Positions 24,027-37,724 of a DNA stretch of 64,000 nt are shown one piece after another; within the stretch, counting starts at the first letter, position 1, and each line of letters begins with the position of its first letter. A model generated the notes under the pieces. That model ran no database searches. It was given only the letters and a program-made list of their open reading frames with translations, and was not told the DNA's origin. Origin of the DNA: Blepharisma stoltei ATCC 30299 (Eukaryota; Protista; Ciliophora); contig CBFDEM010000047.1 of assembly GCA_965603825.1 (NCBI GenBank), forward strand, positions 62,001-126,000, given 5' to 3'. A program made the position numbers and the translations under genes.

Positions 24027-25133
24027 AATAGGTTTATATAAAAAAATTATTTTTTATTGAATTTGCTTAATTAAGCTACGTCACTTTTATTTTACAATTA
24101 ATTCAAAACGTATCAAGGCTAATTGCTCGTTTTAATATCTTCACAATAGTTTCTAATTTCTTTCGCCCTTTTTTATGAATTTATGAAATAAAATTTATTA
24201 AAAGATGCATTCTTATTAAAACATTCTGATTATATATATAATTATAATTAAACAGCTGCATTTAAGAATGTAAATTTTATAATTAAATTAATTAATCTTC
24301 GATTATTTGAGAAAAAGAGCGTTTCTTGGCTTATGGCTGAAGGAATTTGCAATCCTGTATATCTGCCCCTAAATTTATTATTTCAATTAATTTCATAAAA
24401 TTAATCAAATCTTTAGGCTGAATTAATAAAATGTTTGAACCTTATTATAATTACATTAATTAGAATTATTGAGAAGCTCTTTTATCACATTCATCTGATA
24501 ATTTCTTTAATTTGCCTAGAACCTCTTCTTTGCCAGCAGATCTTGGCACATCAACTTTATTTTCACTATAAGAAATAGTTAGTTATCTATCAAAACTGTT
24601 ATCTTCTCCTTTTGTAATTGCAACAAAAATTAGATAAAATGCGATAGTTAAATAGAAAAGTCAAGGCTAGAAATAATGTCACATCAGAGAAAATAAATTG
24701 GTTTCAGGTAAAGTATTTTTTGGAAAAAGTGGAAATAATAAATAACTCTAAGATAGAAATTTTAAAAAAACGACAGCTTCTCATTTGCCTCAAGCTCTAT
24801 TTCTATAAATAAAAGTACTTTATATAAAATGCATATAGAACTTCTATAACTTGAAAACTTCTTTGTGAAAGCAAAAGAGATTTATCCGAAAATTTGAGCA
24901 AAAATGCCACTGAGCCTACAAATTTAGTTGCATATACTGACAATAACAACAAATAAGTCTTATATTTCAGGCCTTTAAGCCTCGTGGCTCATCTAGTTTT
25001 TCCATTTTTTGTTTGAAATCACTTTGGCAAGCCTCTTCCTGAAAATATCAGGATCGGGAATCGATAAGGCTTTGTAAAACACTAAGGAATATTTTTACTA
25101 TCTTTATTAATTTTCTAAATCATAATATATGTA

Positions 25134-25907
25134 TTAATTTTTCGAAATAATATCTTCAATTATCTCAATAATCTCATCAAAAACACCAATGTATAAATGA
25201 TCACAGTTAAACGTAAAATATCCTTTGCATTTTACATTTAATGCTTTAACATATTCTAAGGAATCTGCAAAAGGGCACATTTCGTCCTCATTGCCATGGA
25301 AAATATAAAAGTCTCCTTGAGCCCTTTCACAATAAAATTTCATATCAGTATTTATTGTCTCTTCTACCATATCTCATGTAAATTTCCACCGAGAACCAAC
25401 GCCAGTATGAATAATTTCTTTTTCGCGTCGAGCGATTTCTGTCGTTTCATGCAAAAAGAATGGCAAAACATTCATATGAAATCTTGCTGATAATACAATG
25501 ATATTTTTTACTTGTCCATATATAGCAGAATAAATAATCACGCCTTGTGCAGCTTTTGAGTGTCCTATAATTCCTTCTACTTCATATCCTTTGGAATTTA
25601 AAAAATTTACAGCATCGTCAATATCGTTTGCATCTCGGGTTAAGCCTCCAAATGAGTGCTCTCCTTGGCTGTTTTCGCAGCCTGTGTAATCAAATTTAAA
25701 TGTATTTGCGCTCAGATTTTCATGCAAAAATTGATTTATTATAAAAAGCTGGGAAGGCCAGTTTTCACAAATAATCCAGATCTTTTTTAGTTTAGGATTT
25801 TTTATCAAAATGCTGTAAGCTAAGCTCAGACCACTTCGATTTGTAAAATAGCTAATAGTGTTTCCCATAATTCGGCCTATTAGTCCACTATCAACAATGT
25901 TAGACAT
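25134..25907 (-). CDS. Alpha/beta hydrolase copy 8
   Basis: Two track ORFs joined by TGA25374 (KFT-W-DMVEE, cf. RLTWEMIEE); GHSKAA. Confidence 0.88.
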
Positions 25908-26837
25908 ATTAGCATTATAAAGATAGCTGTAACAGCTTTTTTATTTTATAATTAAGAATTTAAGCGTCATCTATGATGCATCTCATTCTGAGAATTTATA
26001 ATGGCTACTTTAAATAGACAGGCTCTGAAATTAATTCACCATATAATCAAGCTTAGAATAAATTTTTACGTTATCATTTCAATCTCTTTCTAGCCTCCAT
26101 TCGCCAAAAAAACTTTTGCTGAATAGCTAAGGCTTGAGTAAGAGGTTTATTAATAGCTCAGAATTATTGTAAATTAAATAAAAAAATATTAAGATAAGTC
26201 TCAATAATGTTGCAGTAAAGAGTCTTTGGACAGTTGAGACGGTAGAAGCATAGTTTTTATCAGAATAAAAAGAATAATTTAGGCTAGCCTTAGCACAAGG
26301 TCTGCCCTATTAAAATTCCACGTTTAGCAGAATTTATGAATAAACTGATAGATTAATGTTATCTGAAGGTTTTAGTGCCCGATATTTTACTTTATCCTTT
26401 ATTCTATAAAATAACCGATATTTGCTATGTTGATTGTTTGGAAATTTCATCTTGATTTTGCCATCTTTACAATTAATATCTATAATATCCCTGTATTAAT
26501 TACCTATTTGCTCTCAATCTAATAATAAAGCTACAATTAAATAATGGCATTAAAAGATAAAAAACTTGTAGATATTTCTTGCAGTCAGAAATGTTTTATT
26601 TCATTTAGACTTTAAACATTTACAAAGTATAAATTTATTTGAAAGCAATTTTTAAATAATTTCTTTTAACTACTTACCAGTAGAAGTTTTATTTATTAAA
26701 AGAAGCAGACTCCTTTCTCATTAAATTCAATGGGAAACTCAAAATTCTAAATATTTCAGTATTTAAGAATCGAAAATCCAAAGCATATTACATAAAAATG
26801 AATTACCTATCTCTTATTAATGTAATAATAAATTTAT

Positions 26838-27554
26838 TTATGATATGACCCGTTCAATAATTTCTAAGACCTCGTCTAAAATCCCAATTAAACAATGATC
26901 ACAATCAAAAGAATAGGTGCCTTTGCATTTATCATTCAATTCTCATGCAAGCTCTAAGCACTCTAAATATGGGCAAAATTGATCTTCTAGCCCATAAATT
27001 ACATAAATATTTCCTCTAGCTCTTTCACAAATTTTTTTCATATCAATGCTTTGCACTTCTCTTATCATTTCTCATGTGAAATTTCAATCTTCCCCAAAAG
27101 CATTATAAACGATTTCGCCGTTGTTTTTGAGAGTTTCAAAGTTTGAACTTAAAAAGTCAGGGAATTCGCTCATATTAAATTTTGGCGATACTGATATAAT
27201 ATTTTTGACTTCACCATATAGTCCAGCATACAGAATCACGCTTGTTCCATATTTTGAGGCTCCAATAATCCCATCGACTGAGTATCCTTTAGATGTCAAA
27301 AATTTGACAGTATCATCTAAATCATCTGCGTCCTTAGTATACTTGTAAAACACTCTTTCCCCTTGACTTCTTCCTTCACCAGTTAAATCAAGCTTACAAA
27401 CATTTGCGTCGAGATGTTGATAAACGAAATCAGAAAAGAAGAATATCTCGGATGGGTATAGTGCACACACAATATAAATTTTTTTATCATCTGGGTATTT
27501 TATTGAAAGGTTGCAAGCCAATTGCAGTCCATTGCGATTTGTGAAATACTCCAT
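26838..27554 (-). CDS. Alpha/beta hydrolase copy 9
   Basis: Read through three TGA (GED-W-NFT-W-EMI...LA-W-EL) to TAA26838; elbow GASKYG; CDH. Confidence 0.85.
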
Positions 27555-28128
27555 AACGTTATTTATTATATTCTTGAAGGAGAAATATATGATGAAAACA
27601 TTATTCTTAATTCAGCATTAGATTTATTTGGGATATCAGTAATAGAAACTATATTTAAAAAGTAAATTAAAAATAAAATATCAGTGAAATAGCTAATTAA
27701 TCATTAGTAACTTAAAACACCTTTCAAATTTGATTACACAACAAATTGAGGTCTTTTTTTGGTTTAAAAGCAAAATAAATATTATTTTTTGTAAATGAAG
27801 GAAATTTCAGTCGCCAAGATTAATATCAACCAATTTTTTTATCATTAAATTTTCCATTTTAAGTTTAAAAAAGGAAATAGTTAATATTAGAAAATTGATA
27901 TATCAGGCTTGCTTATTTTTTTGTTAAAAGTGCTGAATGTGATCTTCCTTTTCATAAATGATTTTGTGTTATAAGGTATAATTAAGAATCGAATGGTATA
28001 AAAAAATTTTGAATGCCTAAAATTTAGAAACACCCTAAGCCAAGACTCCAAATACATGGTAACAAAGAGAAAATTAACTATAAATATATATCAGATTACG
28101 ATGAATAATTTCTTATGCAATTAATTAT

Positions 28129-30924
28129 TTAGTAGTATTCGCAGCCATCATTCCTCGTTCCTGAAATGTAATGACTTCCACGAGCTAATTCATAAGTTTT
28201 TGATACCTCTTGGCCTTTTTCTTCAATATGTCTCTTAAAACTATCAGCATCATCTCTCCAATTTGACAAATTATTTATATAGTCAATTTGTGATTTGTTT
28301 ATTTTCGTAAAAAAGGCACCAAAAAGTGCATTCTCAATTAATTTCTCACCTTCATTTTTGATAGGATATTTAAGCTCAGCAAGAAATTCTCTGTTTCCAG
28401 GCATTCCACTAAGAAGTGGCGTTTTTCTTGATTTTAGAGTTTTTTTTTTTGGGTTATAAGATCCCTCATTATATTTTTTCATTGCATGCGCTGCTTCGTG
28501 AATAAATGTTATTTTTCTGGCACAAGACTTTAAATCATCATTCTGAGACAAGCTTGGATGTAGTAAAATAGTTCCACCAAACACTGTCATTCCACTAAGA
28601 TTATCTGGGATGTTCGCAAAATATGTTGTTTCAGCTAAATTTCCAATGTTTTCATTCCAAATATTCTCATTTAAAAAGGCTCCTCTAGCAGGCGTAGAAA
28701 ATAAAATTGTTGTAAGTTCTTCTTTTTGAGTCTTATTCAATTTTTCTGGGCTTCTAAAATGCAATTTAATAGCTCTCTGTTCGCATTCAGTAAAAAAATC
28801 TGCATTTTCTTTATTTAAAGTTCCGCTAAAAAGTCTTGTCAGATGAGATGCTAGATATTGCTTTAAAATAAAGTGTTCAGTATCATCGCTAAATACCATT
28901 TTGTGAAGCAATGAATTCCTAAATTCTTCTAACTTGTTTGCTTGATCTTCTCTCCTTGTAAAACAAATATTCCAAGACGAATCACCAATAATTCGCTGAT
29001 CCCCTGTCAAAGCTCCTTCTATGAACCAGTTTAAATTTTCTTCTTCGCTTTCTAGGGAAATAATTTTCATAGAAGTATCTTTTATCTCTTCCATAGTTTC
29101 AAGTTCAATGATATTTATTACTTTATCTTCTAACTCTTGCAGCTTCTTTTTTAATTTATTTGCATTCTCTTTAAAAAATTCAGTCAAGGAGTTTTTGATT
29201 AAGCATATAAAATATTTAGCAATTGTTACTCTGTTTTTGCTGTCCTCATAACTAATTTTATTGAAGTTAAAATCTTCGAGGTATTTTATGATATCTCCAT
29301 AAAATGAAATCAACATTTCAACATCTTTACCCCTTATTATAGAATTATATGTGCCTATAAAATCTTCAAATTCGTTAACAGCAAGATAATTAAATTGATC
29401 TTTTCTATTAATTTGTAATTTCTTGATTTTTACAGCCAATGTATTAGCAGCTGCTATTAATTCGCTCTTTTCTAGTAAATTTTCATTGTCAGGGTCCAGA
29501 TTAACTTCTTCATTTATAGATTTCTTCAAATTACTCCATCTAGGGATAAGATGTCTATTTAAATAATCGTTAAAATCACTTTGAATAGTAGGCAAATATG
29601 AAAAAGTAGCTTTGAAAAAGTCTAAAATTTCAATTTTTGTCCAATTATTTATCTCTTCAAACTGAGAAGTAAATGACTGTAAATATTGCTGTATCTTTTT
29701 AATTTTTCATTCTTGTATTCTATTTCGATCTAAGTATAAGTATAAAGCTAGCATTTGTACATGACTCTTAGCCCGCTCTAAACTCTTGTCTTTTACACTC
29801 GGAAGAGTTTCGAAAAAAGTGTCTAGCAAGTTATATCAACGGTCTGATCTTGTTAACTGCGCGTTAATTATATTTTCAATAGGCAGTATAAGTTGATCTA
29901 TAACCCCTTCTACTTTGATGAATTCATCTAGTTTTATATCTTCAAAAAGTGTACTTGCTGATGTTTTAGCAATATTTGAAGTATAAATGAACAATACTTC
30001 TAAAATTTTATTCATCATGCCAATACTTGCTTTATCATTCATATTGGCCAAATAATTTGAATTTAGATAATTATAAGATATTTTTAGGACTTCTTCTCTT
30101 GATGTAAAAAAGTCGAGCAAAGGATAAAAATTCCAATAAAAATAGTCATGAATTATTTGGCACAGTTTTTCGATAGTGCTTTGCTCAAATTTGATATGAT
30201 TGGCTAAACTTAAAACATTCGAAAATGTGTGCCATGAGCAAATATTGTCAATCAGGTTATTCAATATTAGCTCTCGCAGAAAATTGAACTCTATTTTAAA
30301 GAATTTTAGGGCCTCACAACTAAAGGAAAAAAACTCATCCGCACACTCATTTCTATCGTTTGCAAAGTTCATCAAAAATTCTGATGTTTTGATCAAATTT
30401 CATGGGCCTAACTCTCTGATGAATTTCAATCTTTCTTGCGAAAATTTTAAAACAAAAGAGAAATAAGTTGCAAAACTTACGATTTTTTCTTTTACTTTTA
30501 GGCTTTCACTTACATCTGAATCAGACCTTGTCATCCAGTCATAAATTTCGTTTGATTCTAAAAGCCCAAAAACTTGATTCGCAAACCTTTCTTCGAGATT
30601 GTCGATTGGAGATTTTATAAGCAGAGACAGAATTGACAGTTCATATCCAGACTTTAGAAGTTCCTCCAAATGTTTGAATTTTATCTTGTCCTTCCTATTG
30701 TAAGCTAAACAGTTTATCACCCTAAAATATTCTGAGATGCTAGTAGCATCATTATTTTCAATCATCGATCGAATATTTTCTTCTGAGTAATTTTTTAGGC
30801 TGAACTCTGGGATTTTTAGATAATCCAGGCTTTTTATATTCGTATTATTGTACCAACTCCTGATTATTTCATGATTTTCGAGTAAAAAAATCTTTAGCGC
30901 TTCATTTGGATCTAATAGTGACAT
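28129..30924 (-). CDS. 931-aa orphan protein with C-terminal HExxH zincin-like domain, copy A
   Basis: Three track ORFs form one frame via three TGA with no TAA/TAG. LSGMTVFGGTILL...ITFIHEAAHAM...NEGEKLIENALFG. Confidence 0.8.
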
Positions 30925-31239
30925 ATTGGGAATATTATTTATAAAAGATCTAAAAACTATTATTTTTCTTTTAATTAGAATAATTTATTTGACTTAAAGA
31001 ATTTTTGTGTTAAATATAATTTATTTCCTTACTCAATAATTTAATTTTTCGAACTGTTGATTAAAGGCTGAGGATAGATCAATCAACTTGCGACTGTCAT
31101 GTAATAATTAAAGAATTGTAATTGCTCAATATCCTTTTAAAAGGAAATAATAGCAGGCAAAATAAACATTTTAAAATAACATATCCTTTATAAAGAAATA
31201 GAAAAAATAATTTTTATCAATTATAAATTTTAATGAGCA

Positions 31240-31360
31240 TTTTTGAGGATAAGCTTGGAAATATATCAGAATTTCTTCTTTTGTATTTTGGTTCCATTCA
31301 CTATTTTACAATTTTAAATAGAAATTCTTTTATCGCCTCATATGGATCTAATAGTGGCAT
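31240..31360 (-). pseudogene. N-terminal relic of the HExxH family
   Basis: MPLLDPYEAIKEFLFKNCKIV resembles MSLLDPNEALKIFLLENHEII. Confidence 0.6.
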
Positions 31361-31484
31361 ATTAAAATTATATTTTTAAAAGATTTAGAAACTCCTTAAG
31401 CTAAGACTCAATATTTATGTTCAACAGAGTTAAAATATAGTCTCTATTTTATTCCTATTGATAATTTCTTATGCAATTAATTAT

Positions 31485-34284
31485 TTAGTAGTATTCGCAG
31501 CTATCATTCCTCGTTCCTGAAATGTAATGACTTCCACGAGCTAATTCATAAGTTTTTGATATCTCTTGGCCTTTTTCTTCAATACATCTTTTAAAACTAT
31601 CAGCATCATCTCTCCAATTTAACAAATTATTTATATAGTCAATTTGTGATTTGTTTATTTTCGTAAAAAAGGCACCAAAAAGTGCATTCTCAATTAATTT
31701 CTCACCTTCATTTTTGATGAGATATTTAAGCTCAGCAAGAAATTCTCTGTTTCCAGGCATTCCACTAAGAAGTGGCGTTTTTCTTGATTTTAGAGTTTTC
31801 TTTTCTGGGTTATAAGATCCCTCATTATATTTTCTCATTGCACGCGCTGCTTCGTGAATAAATGTTATTTTTCTGGCACAAGACTTTAAATCATCATTCT
31901 GAGACAAGCTTGGATGTAGTAAAATAGTTCCACCAAACACTGTCATTCCACTAAGATTATCTGGAATATTTGCAAAATATGTTGTTTCAGCTAAATTTCC
32001 AATGTTTTCATTCCAAATATTCTCATTTAAAAAGGCTCCTCTAACAGGCGTAGAAAATAAAATTGTTGTAAGTTCTTCTTTTTGAGTCTTATTCAATTTT
32101 TCTGGGCTTCTAAAATGCAATTTAATAGCTCTCTGTTCGCATTCAGTAAAAAAATCTGCATTTTCTTTATTTAAAGTTCCGCTAAAAAGTCTTTTCAGAT
32201 GAGATGCTAGATATTGCCTTAAAATAAAGTGTTCAGCATCATCACTAAATACCATTTTATGAAGGAATGAATTCCTAAATTCTTCTAACTTGTTTGCTTG
32301 ATCTTCTCTCCTTGTAAAAAAAATATTCCAAGACGAATCACCAATAATTCGCTGATCCCCTGTCAAAGCTCTTTCTATCAGCCAGCTTGATTTTTCTTCT
32401 TCGTAAATAATTTTCATAATAGAAATATCTTTTGTTTCTTCTAAAGTTTCAGATTCAATGATATTTATTAATTTATCTTCTGATTCTTGCAGGTTTTCTT
32501 TTAATTTATTTGCATTCTCTTTAAAAACTTCAGCCAAAGAGTTTTTGATTAAGCATATAAAATATTTAGCAATTGTTTCTCTGCTTTTGCTGTCCTCATA
32601 ACTAATTTTATTGAAGTTAAAATCTTCAAGGTATGTACTGATATCTCTATAAAATAAAAACAATTTTTTGACTTTCTTTTTCCTTATTATAGAAATATAT
32701 ATGCCTATAAATTCTTCAAATTCGTTAACAGCAAGATAATTAAATTGATCTTTGGTATTAATTTGTAAATTCTTGATGCTCATAGCCAATCCTATAGCAT
32801 TTGTTATTAATATTCACTGATTGCATAGATTTGCATCATATACACCTGATTCAATTCTTTCATTCATAGGAATAATCATTTGATTCCATCTAGGGATAAA
32901 TTCTGTATTTAAATAAGTGTTAAAATCACTTTGAATAGTAGGCAAATATGAAAAAGTAGCTTTGAAAAAGTCTGAAATTTCAATTATTGTCCAATTATTT
33001 GTCTCTTCAAACTGAGAAATAAATGACTTTAAATATTGCATTATATTTTCAATTTTTGATTTGTGTGGCTTACTACTTGGATCTAAGTATAAGTATAAAG
33101 CTAGCATTTGTACATGACTCTTAGCCCGCTTCAAACTCTTGTTTTTTACACTCGGAAGAGTTTCGAAAAAAGCATCCAGCAGGTTATATCAACGATCTGG
33201 ACTTGTTAATTGCGCATTAATTATATTTTCAATAGGCAGTATAAAATGATCTAAAACCCTGCTGTGAACGTGTAACCTTGATGTAATTCATCTAGTTTTA
33301 TATCTTCAAAAAGTGTACTTACTGATTTTTTATCAATATTTGTAGTATAAATGAACAATAATTCTAAAATTTTATACATCATGTCAATGCTTCTTTTATT
33401 TTTAAGGCTGATATAATTGGATTTCAGATAATTATAAGATACTTTTAGGACTTCTTTTGTAGATGCAAAAAAATCTAATATAGTATCTCAGTTCCAATAA
33501 AAATAGTCATGAATTATTTGGCACAATTTTTCGATAGTGCTTTGCTCAAATTTGATATGATTGGCTAAACTTAAAACATTCGAAAATGCGTATCATGAAC
33601 AAACATTGTCAATCAGGTTATTTAGTATTCGTTCTTGCAGAAAATTGAACTCTATTTTAAAGAATTTTAAGGCCTCACAACTAAAGGAAAAAAACTCATC
33701 TGCACACTCATTTCTTTCGTTTGCAAAGTTCATCAAAAATTCTGATGTTTTGATTAAATTTCATTCACCTAACTCTCTGATGAACTTCAATCTTTTTTGC
33801 GAATATTTTAAAACAAAAGAGAAATAAGTTGCAAAACTTACAATTTTTTCTTTTACTTTTAGGCTTTCACTTACATCTGAATCAGCATTTGTCATTCAGA
33901 TATAAATTTCGTTTAATTGTAAAAGCTTAAAAATTTGATCCGTAAACCTTTCTTCGAGATTTTCGATTGGAGATTTTATTAGCAGAGACAGAATTGGTAG
34001 CTCATATTTGAAGTTTAGAAGTTCCTCCAAGTGCACGAATTTTATCTTGTCGTCCCTATTGTAAGCTAAACAGTTTATCACTCGAAAATATTCTGAGATG
34101 CTGACAATATCATTATTTTCAATCATCAATCGAATATTTTCTTCTGAGTATTTTCTTTGTTTGAACTTTGGGATTTTTAGATAAACCAGGCTGTTTTTAT
34201 ACGTATCATTGTACCAACTGCTTATGATTTCAGATTTTCGAGGAAAAAAATCTTTACCGCTTCATTTGGATCTACTAGTGACAT
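31485..34284 (-). pseudogene. HExxH family copy B, frameshifted, motif mutated to HEAAR
   Basis: 1-nt deletion near 34233, net +11-nt disruption near 33260-33285, second His replaced by Arg. Confidence 0.78.
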
Positions 34285-34412
34285 ATTGGAATACTTAGAA
34301 TAATTTATTTAGCTTTAAAAATCTTTAATTAGATACTAAAAAAGCTCTAACCTCTGTTTCGATAAAGTAGCAACTCATTTTTTGATTAATTTTAAAGAGT
34401 TAAATATAATTT

Positions 34413-34612
34413 ATGGCTCTTTGTTTGCCTTCAGTAAAAATTTGTATTTCCTTTATTTAAAGTTTCATTAAAAAGTTGAGATGCAAAATATTGCCTTAAA
34501 ATAAAATGTTTTAGACATCATTGCTAAAGTGTAAATCACTATAAATACCATTTTATGAAGGAATGAATTTCGAAGGTCTTCTAACTTGCTTGCTTGATCT
34601 TCTCTGTCTGTT
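34413..34612 (-). pseudogene. Internal relic of the HExxH family
   Basis: ggctctttgtttgccttcagtaaaaa...aaataccattttatgaaggaatgaa...aacttgcttgcttgatct matches 35521-35700 of copy C with indels. Confidence 0.65.
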
Positions 34613-34878
34613 AAAAATTATTTCAAAACAAATTTCCTAATATGAAAATAATTTTAAATTTAATAAATTAAAGATTAGCCTATTGAGTGTGATCTTCCTT
34701 CTCTTAAATGATCTTGTGCTATAAGGTATAATGAATATCGAATGGCACAAAAACAATTTTGAATGCTCAAAATTAGAAACTCCCTAAGCCAAGACTCCAA
34801 ATTCATGCTCAACAAAGAGAAAATTAATTATATATATATATCAGATAACGATTAATAATTTCTTATGCAATTAAGTAT

Positions 34879-37674
34879 TTAGTAGTATTCGCAGCCATCA
34901 TTCCTCATTCCTGAAATGTAATGACTTCCACGAGCTAATTCATAAGCTTTTGATACCTCTTGGCCTTTTTCTTCAATATGTCTTTTAAAACTTTCAGTAC
35001 TCTGGCTCCAATTTGACAAATTATTTATATAGTCAATTTGTGATTTGTTTATTTTCGTAAAAAAGGCACCAAAAATTGCATTCTCAATTAATTTTCCACC
35101 TTCATTTATGTCATGATCTTTAAGGAAAGAACTAAATTCTGAGTTTCCAGGCATTCCACTAAGAAGCAACGTTTTTGTTGATTTTGGAGTTTTCTTTTCT
35201 GGATTATAAGATCCCTCATTATATTTTCTCATGGCATGGGCAGCTTCGTGAATAAATGTTATTTTTCTGGCACAAGATTTCAAATCATCACTCTGTGACA
35301 AGCTTGGATGTAGTAAAATAGTTCCACCAAACACTGTCATTCCACTAAGATTATCTGGGATGTTCGCAAAATATGTTGTTTCAACTAAGTTTCTAATGTT
35401 TTTATTCCAAATATTCTCATTTGAAAAGGCTCCTTTAATAGGCGTAGAAAATAAAATTGTTGTAAGTTCTTCTTTTTGAGTCTTATTCAATCTTTCTGGG
35501 CTTTTAAAATGCAATTTAATGGCTCTTTGTTTGCCTTCAGTAAAAAAATCTGCATTTTCTTTATTTAAAGTTCCGTTAAAAAGTCTTGTCAGATGAGATG
35601 CTAAATATTGCCTTAAAATAAAGTGTTCAGCATCATCGCTAAATACCATTTTGTGAAGGAATGAAATTAAAAATTCTTCTAACTTGTTTGCTTGATCTAC
35701 TTTGCTTGTAAAAAAAATATTCCAACACGAATTACAAACAATTTGCTGATCCCCTGTCAAAGCTCTTTCTATCAGCGATGGTAAATTTTCTTCTTCGCTT
35801 TCTAAGGAAGTATTTTTCATAATAGAAGAATCTTTTGTCTGTTCTATAGTTTCAGGTTCAATGGTATTTATTACTTTATCTTCTGACTCTTGCAGCTTCT
35901 TTTTTAATTTATTTGCATACTCTTTAAAAACTTCAGCCAAAGAGTTTTTGATTAAGCATATAAAATATTTAGCAATTGTTACTCTGTTTTTGCTGTCCTC
36001 ATAACTAATTTTATTGAAATTAAAATCTTCAAGGTATGCACTGATATCTCTATAAAATAAAAACAATTTTTTGACTTTCTTTTTCCTTATTATAGAAATA
36101 TATGTGCCTATAAAATCTTCAAATTCGTTAACAGCAAGATAATTAAATTGATCTTTGGTATTAATTTGTAAATTCTTGATGCTCTTAGCCACTCCAATAG
36201 CATTATATAATAATCATCACTGATTGCGTAGATTTGCATCAATATCTTCTGATTCAATTCTTTCTTCCATAGGAGCAATCATTTTATTCCAACTAGGGAG
36301 AAGCTCTGTATTTAAATAAGTGTTAAAATCACTTTGAATAGTAGGCAAATATGAAAAAGTAGCTATGAAAAAATCTGAAATTTCAATTTTTGTCCAATTA
36401 TTTATCTCTTCAAACTGAGAAATAAATGACTGTAAATATTGCTGTATCTTTTTAATTTTTCATTCTTGTATTCTATTTCGATCTAAGTATAAGTTTAAAG
36501 CTTGCATTGGTACATGACTCTTAGCCCGCTCTAAACTCTTGTTTTTTACATTCGGAAGAGTTTCGAAAAAAGCGTCTAACAAGTTATATCAACGATCTGG
36601 ACTTGTTAATTGCGCATTAATTATATTTTCAATAGGCAGTATAAAGTGATCTAAAACCTCTTCTGTCTTGATGAATTCATCTAGTTTTATATCTTCAAAA
36701 AGTGCACTTGCTGATTTTTTAGCAATATTTGAAGTATAAATGAACAATACTTCTAAAATTTTAGTCATCATGTCAATGCTTCTTTTACTTTTAAGGCTGA
36801 TATAATTGGATTTCAGATAATTATAAGATATTTTTAGGACTTCTTCTCCAGATGTAAAAAAATCTAATACAGTATCTCAGTTCCAATAAAAAAAGTCATG
36901 AGTTATTTTGCACAGTTTTTCGATAGTGCTTTGTTCAAATTTGATATGATTGGCTAAACTTAAAGCATTCGAAAATGCTTGCCATGAACAAATATTGTCA
37001 ATCAGATTATTCAATATTTGCTCTCTCAGAAAATTGAACTCTATTTTAAAGAATTTTAAGGCCTCACAATTAAAGGAAAAAAACTCATCTACACACTCAT
37101 TTCTATCGAAAGCAAATCTCATCAAAAATTCTGATGTTTTGATTAAATTTCATTCACCTAACTCTCTGATGAACTTCAATTTATCTTCAGAATATTTTAA
37201 AACAAAAGAGAAATAAGTTGCAAAACTCACGATTTTTTCTTTTACTTTTAGGCTTTCACTTACAAATGAATCAGACCTTCTCATTCAGTCATAAATATCG
37301 TTTGATTCTAAAAGCCTAAAAACTTGATTCGCAAACCTTTCTTCGAGATTGTCGATTGGAGATTTTATAAGCAGAGACAAAATTGGCAGCTCATATTTGG
37401 AGCCTAGAAGTTCCTCCAAATGCACGAATTTTATCTTGTCGTCCCTATTGTAAGCTAAACAGTTTATCACTCTAAAATATTCTGAGATGCTAGTAGCATC
37501 ATTATTTTCAATCATCAATCGAATATTTTCTTCTGAGTATTTTCCTAGCTTGAACTTTGGGATTTTTAAGTAAGCCAGGCTGTTTTTATTCGTATTTTTG
37601 TGCCAACTGCTGATTATTTCATGATTTTCGAGGAAAAAAATCTTTGCCGCTTCATTTGGATCTAATAGTGACAT
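34879..37674 (-). CDS. 931-aa HExxH zincin-like protein, copy C
   Basis: Four track ORFs joined by seven TGA (e.g. DIYD-TGA-M vs EIYD-TGG-M in copy A); same 2796-nt length as copy A; HEAAH intact. Confidence 0.8.
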
Positions 37675-37724
37675 ATTGGAAATAATATTTATAAAAGATC
37701 TAAGACAATAGAATTTTTCTTAAG

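Larger units (their letters stand above)
17545..24030. repeat. Three tandem copies of a spacer + two-hydrolase cassette (offset 2377 bp between units 2 and 3)
   Basis: Homologous non-coding blocks at about 17545, 19395 and 21795; 20600-20950 is nearly identical to 22977-23327. Confidence 0.85.

Noticed and set aside
24300-25090. Coding-like stretches between hydrolase copies 7 and 8 (similar ones at 26050-26400, 40740-41200 and 44580-44760)
   Set aside because: Multiple TAA/TAG in all frames and no recognisable homology; possibly old gene relics but not supportable.
30200-37216. Three similar 88-aa plus-strand ORFs (MAKLK...)
   Set aside because: Antisense shadows of the repeated HExxH genes.
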